A stretch of 61,083 nucleotides of DNA from Acidimicrobiia bacterium (lineage in GTDB: Bacteria > Actinomycetota > Acidimicrobiia > Acidimicrobiales > SZUA-35), in assembly GCA_003231975.1 (NCBI GenBank), contig QIKW01000270.1, positions 1 to 61,083 of the forward strand. The letters run 5' to 3'. This document shows, one piece after another, positions 26,815-35,966 of the stretch. Position 1 is the stretch's first letter. Each line of letters opens with the position of its first letter. The notes below the pieces were generated by a model that was not told the origin of the DNA, ran no database searches, and saw only the letters and a list, made by a program, of their open reading frames with translations. The position numbers and the translations under genes were made by a program.

Positions 26815-28073
26815 CGCAACACGCTTGCGCCGTGCTGCATGACGTCGCCTGCCATGTCAAGCAGCACTTTTGCTCGATCCTCGAATCCAGGTTCGAGATG
26901 GCGTGAAACCAGCAAGGCCTGATCCAGCAGGGCTGCTGCTGTGTAGAACGCAAGATCACCCGATCCGGACGGGTTGTCCTGCTGGTGGAGCTCAACGGAC
27001 TCGCCGACAAGCGAGGTCAGCAGGGCAATCGGGAGCTCTGGCCGTCGAACTGCCAGCGCATGCGGGTGGGCCAGCAGTCGGCCAGCGTCTCGGTACGGAT
27101 GACCAATTGCGGCTCGCTCCCAGTCGACCAGCCACACAGCGTCGCCGTCAACCATGAACTGGTTCAGGTGAAGGTCGCCGTGAGAAACTCCGAGCCGGCC
27201 GGGGCATGGAGCGCGCCTGTCAAGCAGGGCACTGAGAAGCCTGAACTCACGATTCGGCCCAGGAAGGTAGGAGGCAACATCATCCAGTACCCGCTGGGTG
27301 CGATAGAGATCGAAGCCAGGCGTCTCGACGTCGAGCCCCGCCTTATCGATCCGACCGATCCGACCGAGAATGTCTGCGATCGCCGCCGGTTCTGGCCGGT
27401 TCTGTCTGATTGTCTCAACCAGAGGCTCAGCGGTCAACGCCTCCTCCAGGTGGAGACGACCGTCTTCCAGGCAGGCGATTGGTTCGGGAACGTTTATGCC
27501 CGCAGCGCGGGCGGCCGTATTCACTCGGCCAAGCTTGGGTGCAGCCGAATTGCTGGTGAGACGGAAGAAGAAAGATAAGTCCGGTCGCTTTGGCGACTTC
27601 GGGACCAGGTGCGCTAGGCCGACCAACCGTCTCTCCGGCTTGTACCGCAATACTTTGACACTTGAGCGCAGATAGTCGAACGGGGCCCCACCCAAATGAT
27701 CACCTACGACGTACCGGATCTTCTCAGCAGAGCTGACCCAGCGCAGCCGCCGGATCTTGGCGTCGTTGGGGAACAGGAACAAGGCGGCATGAGGATCAAG
27801 AAGGCGGACCCCTGGCCCAAGATCAGAGCAAGCAGGCTTCTTTGTGTTGGCCTTGGCAACGATGCGGGCTGCCCTCTCCTTTTCGTGGCTCCAGCGCAGA
27901 TAGCCTCGATGGGTCCGGGCTTCTGACCGCATTTCCAAGGCAACCACCATTCCCGAGCCTGGTTTGTAACGAACATAAGTGGCCTCTGCGGCCTCGATGT
28001 CCATCCCCCCTGCCACGAGGAAGCGAGTCAACTCGCCGGGGTCGGTTAGCTGCTCGGCAACGGAACTGATCAT
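26811..28073 (-). CDS. APH-fold phosphotransferase (kinase-like, maltokinase-sized), paralog of the downstream kinase
   Basis: VSHGDLHLNQFMV ... LVDWE. Shares the YKPERR/YRHNRR N-lobe motif with 25771..26814. Confidence 0.7.
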   Translation of the reverse strand: MISSVAEQLTDPGELTRFLVAGGMDIEAAEATYVRYKPGSGMVVALEMRSEARTHRGYLRWSHEKERAARIVAKANTKKPACSDLGPGVRLLDPHAALFLFPNDAKIRRLRWVSSAEKIRYVVGDHLGGAPFDYLRSSVKVLRYKPERRLVGLAHLVPKSPKRPDLSFFFRLTSNSAAPKLGRVNTAARAAGINVPEPIACLEDGRLHLEEALTAEPLVETIRQNRPEPAAIADILGRIGRIDKAGLDVETPGFDLYRTQRVLDDVASYLPGPNREFRLLSALLDRRAPCPGRLGVSHGDLHLNQFMVDGDAVWLVDWERAAIGHPYRDAGRLLAHPHALAVRRPELPIALLTSLVGESVELHQQDNPSGSGDLAFYTAAALLDQALLVSRHLEPGFEDRAKVLLDMAGDVMQHGASVLR

Positions 28074-29830
28074 GCGGTTCGCCTTTCTTCCAGCTGCTCA
28101 ACCTCAAGGTGGAGCTTCCCGTCTTCGAGGTGAAGCTGAAATCCGGCCCCCAGTTCTTGAGGGTCGCCATGGTGCACAACGAGAGCTGTTCTACCCTCGG
28201 CGAGGCTGGCGATTGCCCCGATGACCTCTTCGCGCGAAGTTGTGTCCAGGCCGCTGAGAGGCTCGTCCAACAGCAAAATTGGGGCGTCTCGGAGCGCCGC
28301 CCTGGCCAGCATCAAGCGTCTGGCTTCGCCTCCGGAGAGAGACTGGCCGTCTTCGTCAAGCACCGTGTCATAACCATCGGGAAGCCCGTCGATCACCGTG
28401 TCGAACCTTGCGACCAATGCCGCTGCTTCCACTTCCTGCTCGGTTGCCTCGGGCTTCCCATAGAGGATGTTGTCCCGGATCGAGCCGCTGAACAGAGACA
28501 GCTGCTGAGGCACATAGGCAATCTGGGATCGGTAGCTGGCCAGCTTGAAGGACTCGATTGGATGCCCGTCAACGAGAATCTCGCCCGAAGATGGTTTGTA
28601 GAGGCGCATTAGCAGCGCCAGCAGCGTTGATTTCCCAGAGCCGTTGTCGCCGGTCACAACAACGAAACCGCCGGCGGGCAAGCGCACCGATAGCCCTCGC
28701 AACGATTGACGCTTATCGTGATAGCGGTGATGAACGTCGTCGAAGACAAGTTCTCCTCGGAGACGGGGAGCCTTCACCCCACCTCGAGGACCTTCAACCG
28801 GCAAGTCAAGCACGTCAAGCACTCGAGCCGCGCACGCTGTGGCCTTGGCCAGCCGCGCCGCTTCGCCTGTAAGCTTCCTGATTGGCTTGTACATCATCCG
28901 GGTGTAGCTCATAGTCACCAGCAGCTCCCCCGGGGTAAGTAGCCCTGCCCGAACCTTGAAGGCCCCAAACGCCAACACCAGACCGACCCCGGCCCCGGTC
29001 AGAACTTCGGTGGTTCGAGCCAGTCTGGCTGCGTGGCGGGTGGCGGCCATTGTTGCCCGCTCCGCTCCCCGGGCGTCCCTCGTGAACTTCTCCGTTGTGC
29101 GCTTCTCGGCCCCGAACGCCTTCGTAAGATCGATGTGTCTCAGCGCCTCGGCAACGTTGGCGGCAATGCTTCCCTCCTTGCGACGTTGTTTGCCAGCAGC
29201 ACTCTTCACCTTCTTCGATGCGGTCTTGACCCCAACCCAGAGCAGCGGAATTGGCACCAAGGCCAGCAAGAACAGCCTCCAATCGATGATTGCAAAGATG
29301 ACGGCGGCACCAATCAGAACAGTTCCCCTGGACATGATGTTGAGCCAGGACGAAAAGAGCAGGTCCCTCACCATGTTCACGTCGCCCATGATTCGCATAA
29401 GTAGGTCGCCGGTCTGACGGCGCTGATGCTCGGTAAGTTCGATCCTGTGCAAGTGCCGGAACACGTCGGTGCGGATACGAACGGTTGCCTTGCGAGAAAT
29501 CTTGGCAACCGCTATTTGCAGCCGTTCGGTGACCCCGCCGATGGCCGCGGGAACAAAGAACGCCATGGCTGCGAACACCACCAACGACCGGTCTGAGATA
29601 CCAGACAACGCCGTGCCGGCGGCCTCTGGGTCCGCCACTGTTGTGAGGGCATCGATCACCCACTTGACCGGCCACGGACGGACTAGCTCAAGCGCTGTGA
29701 GACCCAGAGCAAGGGCGCCCGCTCCCACCATCGCCAGCTTCTGATCATAAAGCACATGTCGAAACTGAACCCAGGCCCGACCAACATCGCCCCGGTTCAC
29801 CGGGACAGCCAACTTGTTTTGCAACCTCAT
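28070..29830 (-). CDS. ABC exporter, fused TMD-NBD (MsbA/lipid-flippase-like)
   Basis: Six-TM domain, Walker A GDNGSGKST, signature LSGGEARR, Walker B ILLLDEP. Confidence 0.9.
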   Translation of the reverse strand: MRLQNKLAVPVNRGDVGRAWVQFRHVLYDQKLAMVGAGALALGLTALELVRPWPVKWVIDALTTVADPEAAGTALSGISDRSLVVFAAMAFFVPAAIGGVTERLQIAVAKISRKATVRIRTDVFRHLHRIELTEHQRRQTGDLLMRIMGDVNMVRDLLFSSWLNIMSRGTVLIGAAVIFAIIDWRLFLLALVPIPLLWVGVKTASKKVKSAAGKQRRKEGSIAANVAEALRHIDLTKAFGAEKRTTEKFTRDARGAERATMAATRHAARLARTTEVLTGAGVGLVLAFGAFKVRAGLLTPGELLVTMSYTRMMYKPIRKLTGEAARLAKATACAARVLDVLDLPVEGPRGGVKAPRLRGELVFDDVHHRYHDKRQSLRGLSVRLPAGGFVVVTGDNGSGKSTLLALLMRLYKPSSGEILVDGHPIESFKLASYRSQIAYVPQQLSLFSGSIRDNILYGKPEATEQEVEAAALVARFDTVIDGLPDGYDTVLDEDGQSLSGGEARRLMLARAALRDAPILLLDEPLSGLDTTSREEVIGAIASLAEGRTALVVHHGDPQELGAGFQLHLEDGKLHLEVEQLEERRTA

Positions 29831-30921
29831 GTCGGGCCAAGCGCCATACGCCCAGACAAGGCCAGCCCGATGGCCGCCTCAGTGCGTTCGGCAACATGCG
29901 CCCAAGTCATCGACTCAAAAGCCCGACGCCTACCCGCCCTCCCCATTTGTTCCCGGCCGCGACGGTCGTCCAAGAGCGATCCAACTGCGTCCGCGAATTG
30001 CTCGTCGTTGTCGGGGTCAGAAACCACCAACCCTGCGTCGCCAACCAGCTCGCCGATGTCTCCCTGGTCGGTCGACACGATCGCCAGGCCCGCAGCCAGA
30101 TAGTCCAGAATCTTCAGTGGTGAAAAATAGAAACCAGGTTGAGCCTTGTAGGGGGCCAACCCGACAGCAGCTCTGGTGACCAGCAGGCTGGCAATATCTG
30201 GTTCCACCGCTCCGGTAATCGTCAGCTGCGATTGAACGCCTTGACGGGCCGCTACTTGTTCCAACTCGTCGCCACCATCTCCGCCGCCGATCACCGTGAC
30301 CTGCGGCCGATGACCTCGTTCGTTGAGGAGGCGAATCAGATTCGGTATTCGGTCCGCACCATGCCAGGGCCTCGGGTGACCAAGAAACACAAGCCTGTCA
30401 TCGCGGTCTGAGTGTCGAACCCCATCGGGAAACCAGGCGGGTTCGAATCCGTTCGGGATCACAACGACAGGGCCGTCTCGCAAGGTGCGGGCCCATGCAG
30501 CCAACGTTCGGGAAACAACGATCACAACATCGGCATCACGTAGCAATCTCTCCTCTCGTTCCCCCGCTCCGGGGTCTACCGTCTCTGGTCGATGTTGTCT
30601 TGCCTCTGAAACCAGCGGAGCGTTCACCTCCAGAACAAAGGGGACGCCAAGGCGCCGGGCGTAGCGCAGGCCGCCGCCGCTTGAGAGTGAATAGCGCTCA
30701 TAGACCAGGTCGATGGCGGTTGCGGTCTCCAACTCGGCCAAGCGGACGCAATGAACCGGATGGGGCCCCAGCTGCTCTCGTTCGCTGTAGGTGGTGACGC
30801 TGTGGCCAGCTTCAACCAGACCACCGGCCACACCAGCCAGATGCCGGGCTGCCCCCTTCGTTCCGCCAGGCGCTATTCCCCGATCAGCGCAGAGTTGAGC
30901 GATACGTAGGCTCTGTTTCAT
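29827..30921 (-). CDS. Glycosyltransferase, GT4 family
   Basis: GT-B fold pattern with C-terminal PLKILDYLAAGLAIVSTDQGDIGELV. Confidence 0.85.
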   Translation of the reverse strand: MKQSLRIAQLCADRGIAPGGTKGAARHLAGVAGGLVEAGHSVTTYSEREQLGPHPVHCVRLAELETATAIDLVYERYSLSSGGGLRYARRLGVPFVLEVNAPLVSEARQHRPETVDPGAGEREERLLRDADVVIVVSRTLAAWARTLRDGPVVVIPNGFEPAWFPDGVRHSDRDDRLVFLGHPRPWHGADRIPNLIRLLNERGHRPQVTVIGGGDGGDELEQVAARQGVQSQLTITGAVEPDIASLLVTRAAVGLAPYKAQPGFYFSPLKILDYLAAGLAIVSTDQGDIGELVGDAGLVVSDPDNDEQFADAVGSLLDDRRGREQMGRAGRRRAFESMTWAHVAERTEAAIGLALSGRMALGPT

Positions 30922-32153
30922 GCCGTCACCAGCCGATTACCGGTGAAGACCTCGATTAGCTCATCTGCTGTGGATTCACGGGAGAAGCGCTCGGCCAGTC
31001 GAATCGGGCCTGCTGCTGCCAGCCGCGACCAAAGCGCAGTATCGGTAAGGAGCTTCATGATGCCGTCTGCCAGTTCTGTGGCACTTCCGGGTGAGACCAA
31101 CAGGCCCTGCCGATGATCGGTAATGATCTCAGGCACACCGGCGACCGGTGTTGAAACTGCTGGCAAGCCTGCGGCCAGGGCCTCCAACAACACGGTCGGA
31201 AGAGCATCCTGGTTGCCGTCGGCCCCAACCACACAAGGAGCAGCCACCACTGTCGCGGTTCGCAACCAGCGAGACACTTCTGTTTGCGTAACAGCTCCCC
31301 GGAAGTCAACCAGATCCTCGATTGCCAGATTGGCGGCCTGGCGTTCGAGCTGAACTCTTTGGTCGCCGTCTCCAAGGATCACACACTGGACTGGCTGCTC
31401 TTTGGCCCTCAGGATCGCGACTGCGTCCAACAGAACGTCGAAGCCCTTCTTTTCAACGAGCCGACCCACTCCAACAACTAGGTCCTTCAGCCGACCGCTT
31501 GGCGGTGCAGGTGGTTCGGGATCGTTCAGGCCGTTGTAGATCCGCCGTAGATTGACCTCGGGCCCAAGTTTGATTTCCAGATGCTCACGGTTGGCATCAC
31601 ACACCGTCACAATCGTCGCCGCCTCCTTGGCTATCAATTGGGCCAGATCCCAATCCACGGTGTGGCGGTAGATGTCTTTGGCGTGGGCGGTCACCGAGAA
31701 AGAAATGCCGGTAAGCAGGTGGGCCAGGTAGGACACATGGGCCGCGATCGTAAGGAAGTGGGCATGGAAGTGAGTGACACCGCCGTCAACTGCCTGGCGC
31801 GCTACCGCAACAGCCTGAACCATTAGGTCGGCCCGCCGCGAGGCTGGGACGCGCTCCAACATCGACACCATCTCGTCGTACCGACCAAGATCCAGACCAG
31901 CCATTGCCGCAAAGGCATCTGCGGCTGCGGCCCTTCCCAACTGAGAAGGGTAAACAACGTCTCCTTGATAGTCAGCAAGCGCTGGGTGGAACCGGCCCTC
32001 GGTTGGCACTCTCAGCGAGAACACCCGGGTAGGAACTCCGGCCGCTTGAAGAGCCAGCAGTTCGTGCAGAATGAACGTTTCTGAAAGGCGCGGGTACTGT
32101 TTCAGCACGTACCCAATGAAGGGATCCTTCCCAATCAACGGATCCTCAGCCAT
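30918..32153 (-). CDS. Glycosyltransferase, GT4 family (WcaL-like)
   Basis: ALPTVLLEALAAGLPAVSTPVAGVPEII motif. Confidence 0.85.
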   Translation of the reverse strand: MAEDPLIGKDPFIGYVLKQYPRLSETFILHELLALQAAGVPTRVFSLRVPTEGRFHPALADYQGDVVYPSQLGRAAAADAFAAMAGLDLGRYDEMVSMLERVPASRRADLMVQAVAVARQAVDGGVTHFHAHFLTIAAHVSYLAHLLTGISFSVTAHAKDIYRHTVDWDLAQLIAKEAATIVTVCDANREHLEIKLGPEVNLRRIYNGLNDPEPPAPPSGRLKDLVVGVGRLVEKKGFDVLLDAVAILRAKEQPVQCVILGDGDQRVQLERQAANLAIEDLVDFRGAVTQTEVSRWLRTATVVAAPCVVGADGNQDALPTVLLEALAAGLPAVSTPVAGVPEIITDHRQGLLVSPGSATELADGIMKLLTDTALWSRLAAAGPIRLAERFSRESTADELIEVFTGNRLVTA

Positions 32154-33402
32154 GGCTGGCCACCGCTTCCACCGGTACCACTCGCAGCAAAAGCCTCGCT
32201 AGATTCCCGGCTCCGCCGAGGTCCAAAGAACAAGACTGGCGAGGCGACCCAGTGGCACTCCGAACAAAGGCGCCCAACCTGGCACTTGTCAGATCGTTGG
32301 CCCGGCACCACTCGAGGTGAGACACCTGAGAAAGCCGCTTGGCTCGAAGAGTTTGCTCTAACCGAGGCTCGGACCGGGGAACGAGAAGAGCGGGAGTCCC
32401 GGCCGCAAGCAGCTCAACAACCGTGTTGTATCCCGCCATCGCAACTACAGCATCGGCCTCGCCAAGACGATTGCGCATTTCTGGATCGAATGTCTTAATC
32501 TCAACATCACTTCCAACCAGGGCCGCCAATCGGGCCAGGCTCTTGCGGCGGCGGCCCGACATCAGTGGGCCAGTAACAACGAGGCTGTGGAAGTCCGCTC
32601 CTGGGTTCTCGACACAGAACTTTAGATACCGATAGCACAGGTCATAGCCGTCACCCCCACCACCAACCGTCACCACAACAAATGGCTTCCTGTTGCCAGC
32701 GCGACGACTGGAATCCGCCCGGGGGCCAGCTGCCGGCGCAGCGTACCCAACGTGGTCGATCGGTTTGCCCAGCCGAGCCTGTAGATCAAGGTCATCCGCC
32801 GTTGATCGCACCCGTCGGTCACCGTAAACAACAACATCGTCATAGCGACTGAGCAGGTTCCAGACTCCGTTCCTAGACCATTCAGCCCTAACTCGACGCG
32901 GCTCGTCGATGATGTCACGAAGCCCCAACACCATCCGAGGCCGCAGCGGGTTGTCGGCCATCCCGGCAAAGACCGGCAACAACTCCCCGCCCATGCCCGC
33001 CGGGGCATGGTCTACCAGCATTACATCAGGCCGATACGCACCAACCGCGGCCTCAATTACCGTCGAGCGAAGCTCCACAACACTTTCGATGTCTCCTGTG
33101 AGGCGACGCGGCCGGTAGGTGCCAGAAGCCGACTTCGTCACAGAAGGCAGCTGTAGAACATCAGTCCTGGTCGGCAACCTGAAGGAACTTGACCGAGGTG
33201 AGCCCGAAACGAGCAACACCTCGGCGTCCTCGCATTGAGCCGTCAACGCCTCGGCGATGGTCGTGTTGCGGCGCAAATGGCCGAGCCCGTAGGTGTCGTG
33301 GCTATAAAAGAGAAAGCGGCGGGTCATGTGACTCTCACAGTCCTTGGTGTTCCAGAACACCCACAGCATGAACCGAGTCGGGTCCTCATTGGTATCCGAC
33401 AT
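32146..33402 (-). CDS. Predicted glycosyltransferase (COG4671 / GT28-like)
   Basis: N-terminal FYSHDTYGLGHLRR motif, typical of this family. First gene of the operon. Confidence 0.7.
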   Translation of the reverse strand: MSDTNEDPTRFMLWVFWNTKDCESHMTRRFLFYSHDTYGLGHLRRNTTIAEALTAQCEDAEVLLVSGSPRSSSFRLPTRTDVLQLPSVTKSASGTYRPRRLTGDIESVVELRSTVIEAAVGAYRPDVMLVDHAPAGMGGELLPVFAGMADNPLRPRMVLGLRDIIDEPRRVRAEWSRNGVWNLLSRYDDVVVYGDRRVRSTADDLDLQARLGKPIDHVGYAAPAAGPRADSSRRAGNRKPFVVVTVGGGGDGYDLCYRYLKFCVENPGADFHSLVVTGPLMSGRRRKSLARLAALVGSDVEIKTFDPEMRNRLGEADAVVAMAGYNTVVELLAAGTPALLVPRSEPRLEQTLRAKRLSQVSHLEWCRANDLTSARLGAFVRSATGSPRQSCSLDLGGAGNLARLLLRVVPVEAVASHG

Positions 33403-33435
33403 TGGTCCTAGGACTCTTCTTATTGGGACCTGCTC

Positions 33436-33470
33436 TCGCAGGTCCGGCTCCGCCCATCCAGGTCAATAAC
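33436..33470. repeat. 35-bp direct repeat, copy 1 (TCGCAGGTCCGGCTCCGCCCATCCAGGTCAATAAC), followed by a short GC hairpin
   Basis: Identical to 33581..33615. Followed by the palindrome GTCGCCGACGGCGAC. Confidence 0.9.
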
Positions 33471-33580
33471 TCACCGCTCGTCGCCGACGGCGACCACGCC
33501 AAACATGGCAGGGCGAGTTTTGAGCGAAGCGAAAAACTTGCGAAGAGACGAGGCCACAGGCCGAGGAACGGCGACCGCTG

Positions 33581-33615
33581 TCGCAGGTCCGGCTCCGCCC
33601 ATCCAGGTCAATAAC
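33581..33615. repeat. 35-bp direct repeat, copy 2
   Basis: Perfect copy 145 bp from copy 1. Followed by the palindrome GCCGACGCCGTCGGC and the shared tail CGCCAAAC. Confidence 0.9.
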
Positions 33616-33687
33616 CCGCTGCGTGCCGACGCCGTCGGCAACGCCAAACGCGGGGGTTCCAGGGGGCAGAGCTCCGCGGCGCCCCCG

Positions 33688-33704
33688 GGAACTCTTCGAG
33701 TTCC
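33688..33704. promoter_or_regulatory. Palindrome GGAACTC-N3-GAGTTCC (site 1)
   Basis: Perfect 7-bp arms, in the leader of the GT operon. Confidence 0.5.
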
Positions 33705-33759
33705 TGGGCCAGGCAGGATCCGGCTTCGCCGGTCCTGACTGAAACAAACAGCCCGCCGG

Positions 33760-33776
33760 GGAACTCCCCGAGTTCC
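33760..33776. promoter_or_regulatory. Palindrome GGAACTC-N3-GAGTTCC (site 2)
   Basis: Same arms as site 1, 72 bp away, just downstream of the response-regulator stop. Confidence 0.5.
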
Positions 33777-33828
33777 TTGGCGCAACAAAAGACGCTCGGT
33801 CGAAAGGGTTTCCATTTCGACCGATTAC

Positions 33829-34446
33829 TTAGCTGTGGATGCCGTGGTCGCGAGCCCACCGAGCGGCCGCGGCCCGGTCTGGGGCTCCGATGGTGGCGTA
33901 GACACTTGTGAGATGGGCCTTCACGGTCTTTTCGGCTATTCCGAGCCTGGTCGCGATCTGACGGTTGGTCAACCCTGCCTCGATCAGCTCAAGCACATCG
34001 TTTTCCCTGGTTGTGATCGACAGTCTGGAGGGACCCCTCGAATCCACGAGCGCTCGGGCCGCCGTGCTGTCTAAGTAGGACGCTCCAACCGAGGCGTCAC
34101 GAACCGCTCTGAGAATGTCTCCCGGCGGTGCGTCTTTCACCACATAGCCAATCATGCCCACATCGAGGCTGGCCAAGACACGGCGATCCTCACGAAACGC
34201 CGTCAACGCCACAATTGCAATCTCTGGATGCAGATCATGAATTGTCTTTGCGGCCTCGATGCCAGAGACCGGGCTCATGCTCAAATCCATCAACATCACA
34301 TCGGGGCTCACCTCAGAGGCAAGGGCGATTGCCTCTTGGCCGCTGGTGGCGACACCGACAAGAGCGATGTCTTCAGCATCGCCAAGCATCACCTGCAGTC
34401 CCTCACGAACAATATGGTGGTCATCGGCAATAGTTACCCGAATCAT
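33829..34446 (-). CDS. NarL/LuxR-family response regulator
   Basis: Receiver domain (DDHHIV..., MDLSM) plus the LuxR HTH (NRQIATRLGIAEKTVKAHL). ATGA overlap with the kinase gene. Confidence 0.9.
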   Translation of the reverse strand: MIRVTIADDHHIVREGLQVMLGDAEDIALVGVATSGQEAIALASEVSPDVMLMDLSMSPVSGIEAAKTIHDLHPEIAIVALTAFREDRRVLASLDVGMIGYVVKDAPPGDILRAVRDASVGASYLDSTAARALVDSRGPSRLSITTRENDVLELIEAGLTNRQIATRLGIAEKTVKAHLTSVYATIGAPDRAAAARWARDHGIHS

Positions 34447-35759
34447 GCTGGTATCTCGAGCCGAAGGGAGGTGCCCTTTGGTTCCCTTGCATCTATGGCA
34501 ACATCAGCCTCAACGTCGGCTGCCAGGCCTCGCAGTAACTTAAGACCCATGCCCTTCTGATCAGAGACCGACGGTTCGTAGCCGCCGCCATCGTCCATGA
34601 CCGAAGCAACCATGCTTCTCTCATCAGAGACCAGAGACACCTGCACGTTGTCGGCGTTTGCGTGCTTCACAACGTTGCGCAGTCCTTCTTGGACAAATCG
34701 GTACACGAGGCGCTGATGGGGGCCAACGTCTGCTTCAACAGAAACCTTTGTGTCCAAGCCGTACCGATGGTTGTACTGATCGGCCAAATCATTCAAAGCG
34801 GCCTCAAGGCCTACCTCAACTAGGTCAGGAGGGTGGATCTCGATCGCAAGCGTGCGGAGCGACTGAAGCGAGTGCCTCAGGCCTGCCGTTGCTTTTTCGA
34901 TCCTCATCGAAACGTCTCGATTTCCATTGGCCGAGCGGTTTCCGTTAACCGAATTTCCTGCTGCCGACACAAGCATCAGGGTGCCAGACAAGTCTTGGAT
35001 CACGCCGTCGTGGAGATCGGCCGCTATGCGGCGACGCTCAAGCATCGACGCATCGACGGCCCGGGTCAAAAGCTGCTCGCGCTCTAGCGCCGAGCGCACC
35101 ATCCGAGCCTCCATTCTGGCTGCTGTCAACAGTGTAAGGAGGCCAACCAACGCCAAGCTGATCAGCACAATAGGCACCACCGTTGAACGGATTCGGGCAC
35201 TTGCTGCGTCTACTGAACCCGTGGTGAAGTACGTCTCGAAGAGCATGGTTTCGCCATTGGGGCCGTCGAAAGGGAGATAGACCTCCAGAAGTGGCCCGAG
35301 TTCCTGTTCGAATCGGTTTTCGGGATCCCCGAGGTCAAGACTCTCGGCCACCGCTACCGCTTCGGTAACTGCTCGAAGCCGATCCGGCTGGATCGAATAG
35401 TGTTCACCAATCAACTCGGTCGCGTCGGAGTAGACGATGGTTCCGTTGGAGAGCCAAACCTTTACTCGCACAAACGACTCGTCGAGCAGGCGATCCCTTA
35501 CTCGCTCGTCCAGCTTGGCCAAGGCCTCAGGATCGCCGTCGATCAGTTCTGCTGTTAACAACGGCGCAAGCACAGACCGAAGCGACGCCTCGGTGACAGA
35601 CCGAGCTTCATTCAGAGCTTCTCGGTGGCCAGCTCGCTCAGAAGCCCAGACAGCTCCAGCAGCTACCAGGGCCAAGCCCAGGAGAGTCAGAATCAGAAAC
35701 TGTAAGAAAGGGCCATGCCGCCAACCCTGTGTCGCCCCTGGGGCTGCTTCTGCTGTCAT
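34443..35759 (-). CDS. Sensor histidine kinase (HisKA_3 / NarX-DesK type)
   Basis: RRRIAADLHDGVIQDL H-box, HATPase_c motifs, two TM helices. ATG 35759 is preferred over the ORF-track start 35858. Confidence 0.85.
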   Translation of the reverse strand: MTAEAAPGATQGWRHGPFLQFLILTLLGLALVAAGAVWASERAGHREALNEARSVTEASLRSVLAPLLTAELIDGDPEALAKLDERVRDRLLDESFVRVKVWLSNGTIVYSDATELIGEHYSIQPDRLRAVTEAVAVAESLDLGDPENRFEQELGPLLEVYLPFDGPNGETMLFETYFTTGSVDAASARIRSTVVPIVLISLALVGLLTLLTAARMEARMVRSALEREQLLTRAVDASMLERRRIAADLHDGVIQDLSGTLMLVSAAGNSVNGNRSANGNRDVSMRIEKATAGLRHSLQSLRTLAIEIHPPDLVEVGLEAALNDLADQYNHRYGLDTKVSVEADVGPHQRLVYRFVQEGLRNVVKHANADNVQVSLVSDERSMVASVMDDGGGYEPSVSDQKGMGLKLLRGLAADVEADVAIDAREPKGTSLRLEIPA

Positions 35760-35966
35760 GTCTCCCCTTTGCCGAGCCGTCGAGGCGGGTATAGGAGTCT
35801 GCCCGCAGCGCGGGGCAGACTCCTGGGTGTTTCGGCAACTATATGAACGACGGGCCAACAGAACAGGAAACCACCGAAACCGAAATCTTTGGGAGAACTC
35901 TCAGCCTGGTGAGCCAGCGCCGCCCGGCCTTGCGCGGATCCAATGCACCCGGGCCTGGCTGGCCCG

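Noticed and set aside
33402-33738. ORFs 33402..33614 and 33505..33738 spanning the 35-bp repeats
   Set aside because: There is no SD and the composition is poor. Their similarity to each other only reflects the DNA repeat, so the region is better read as a non-coding leader.
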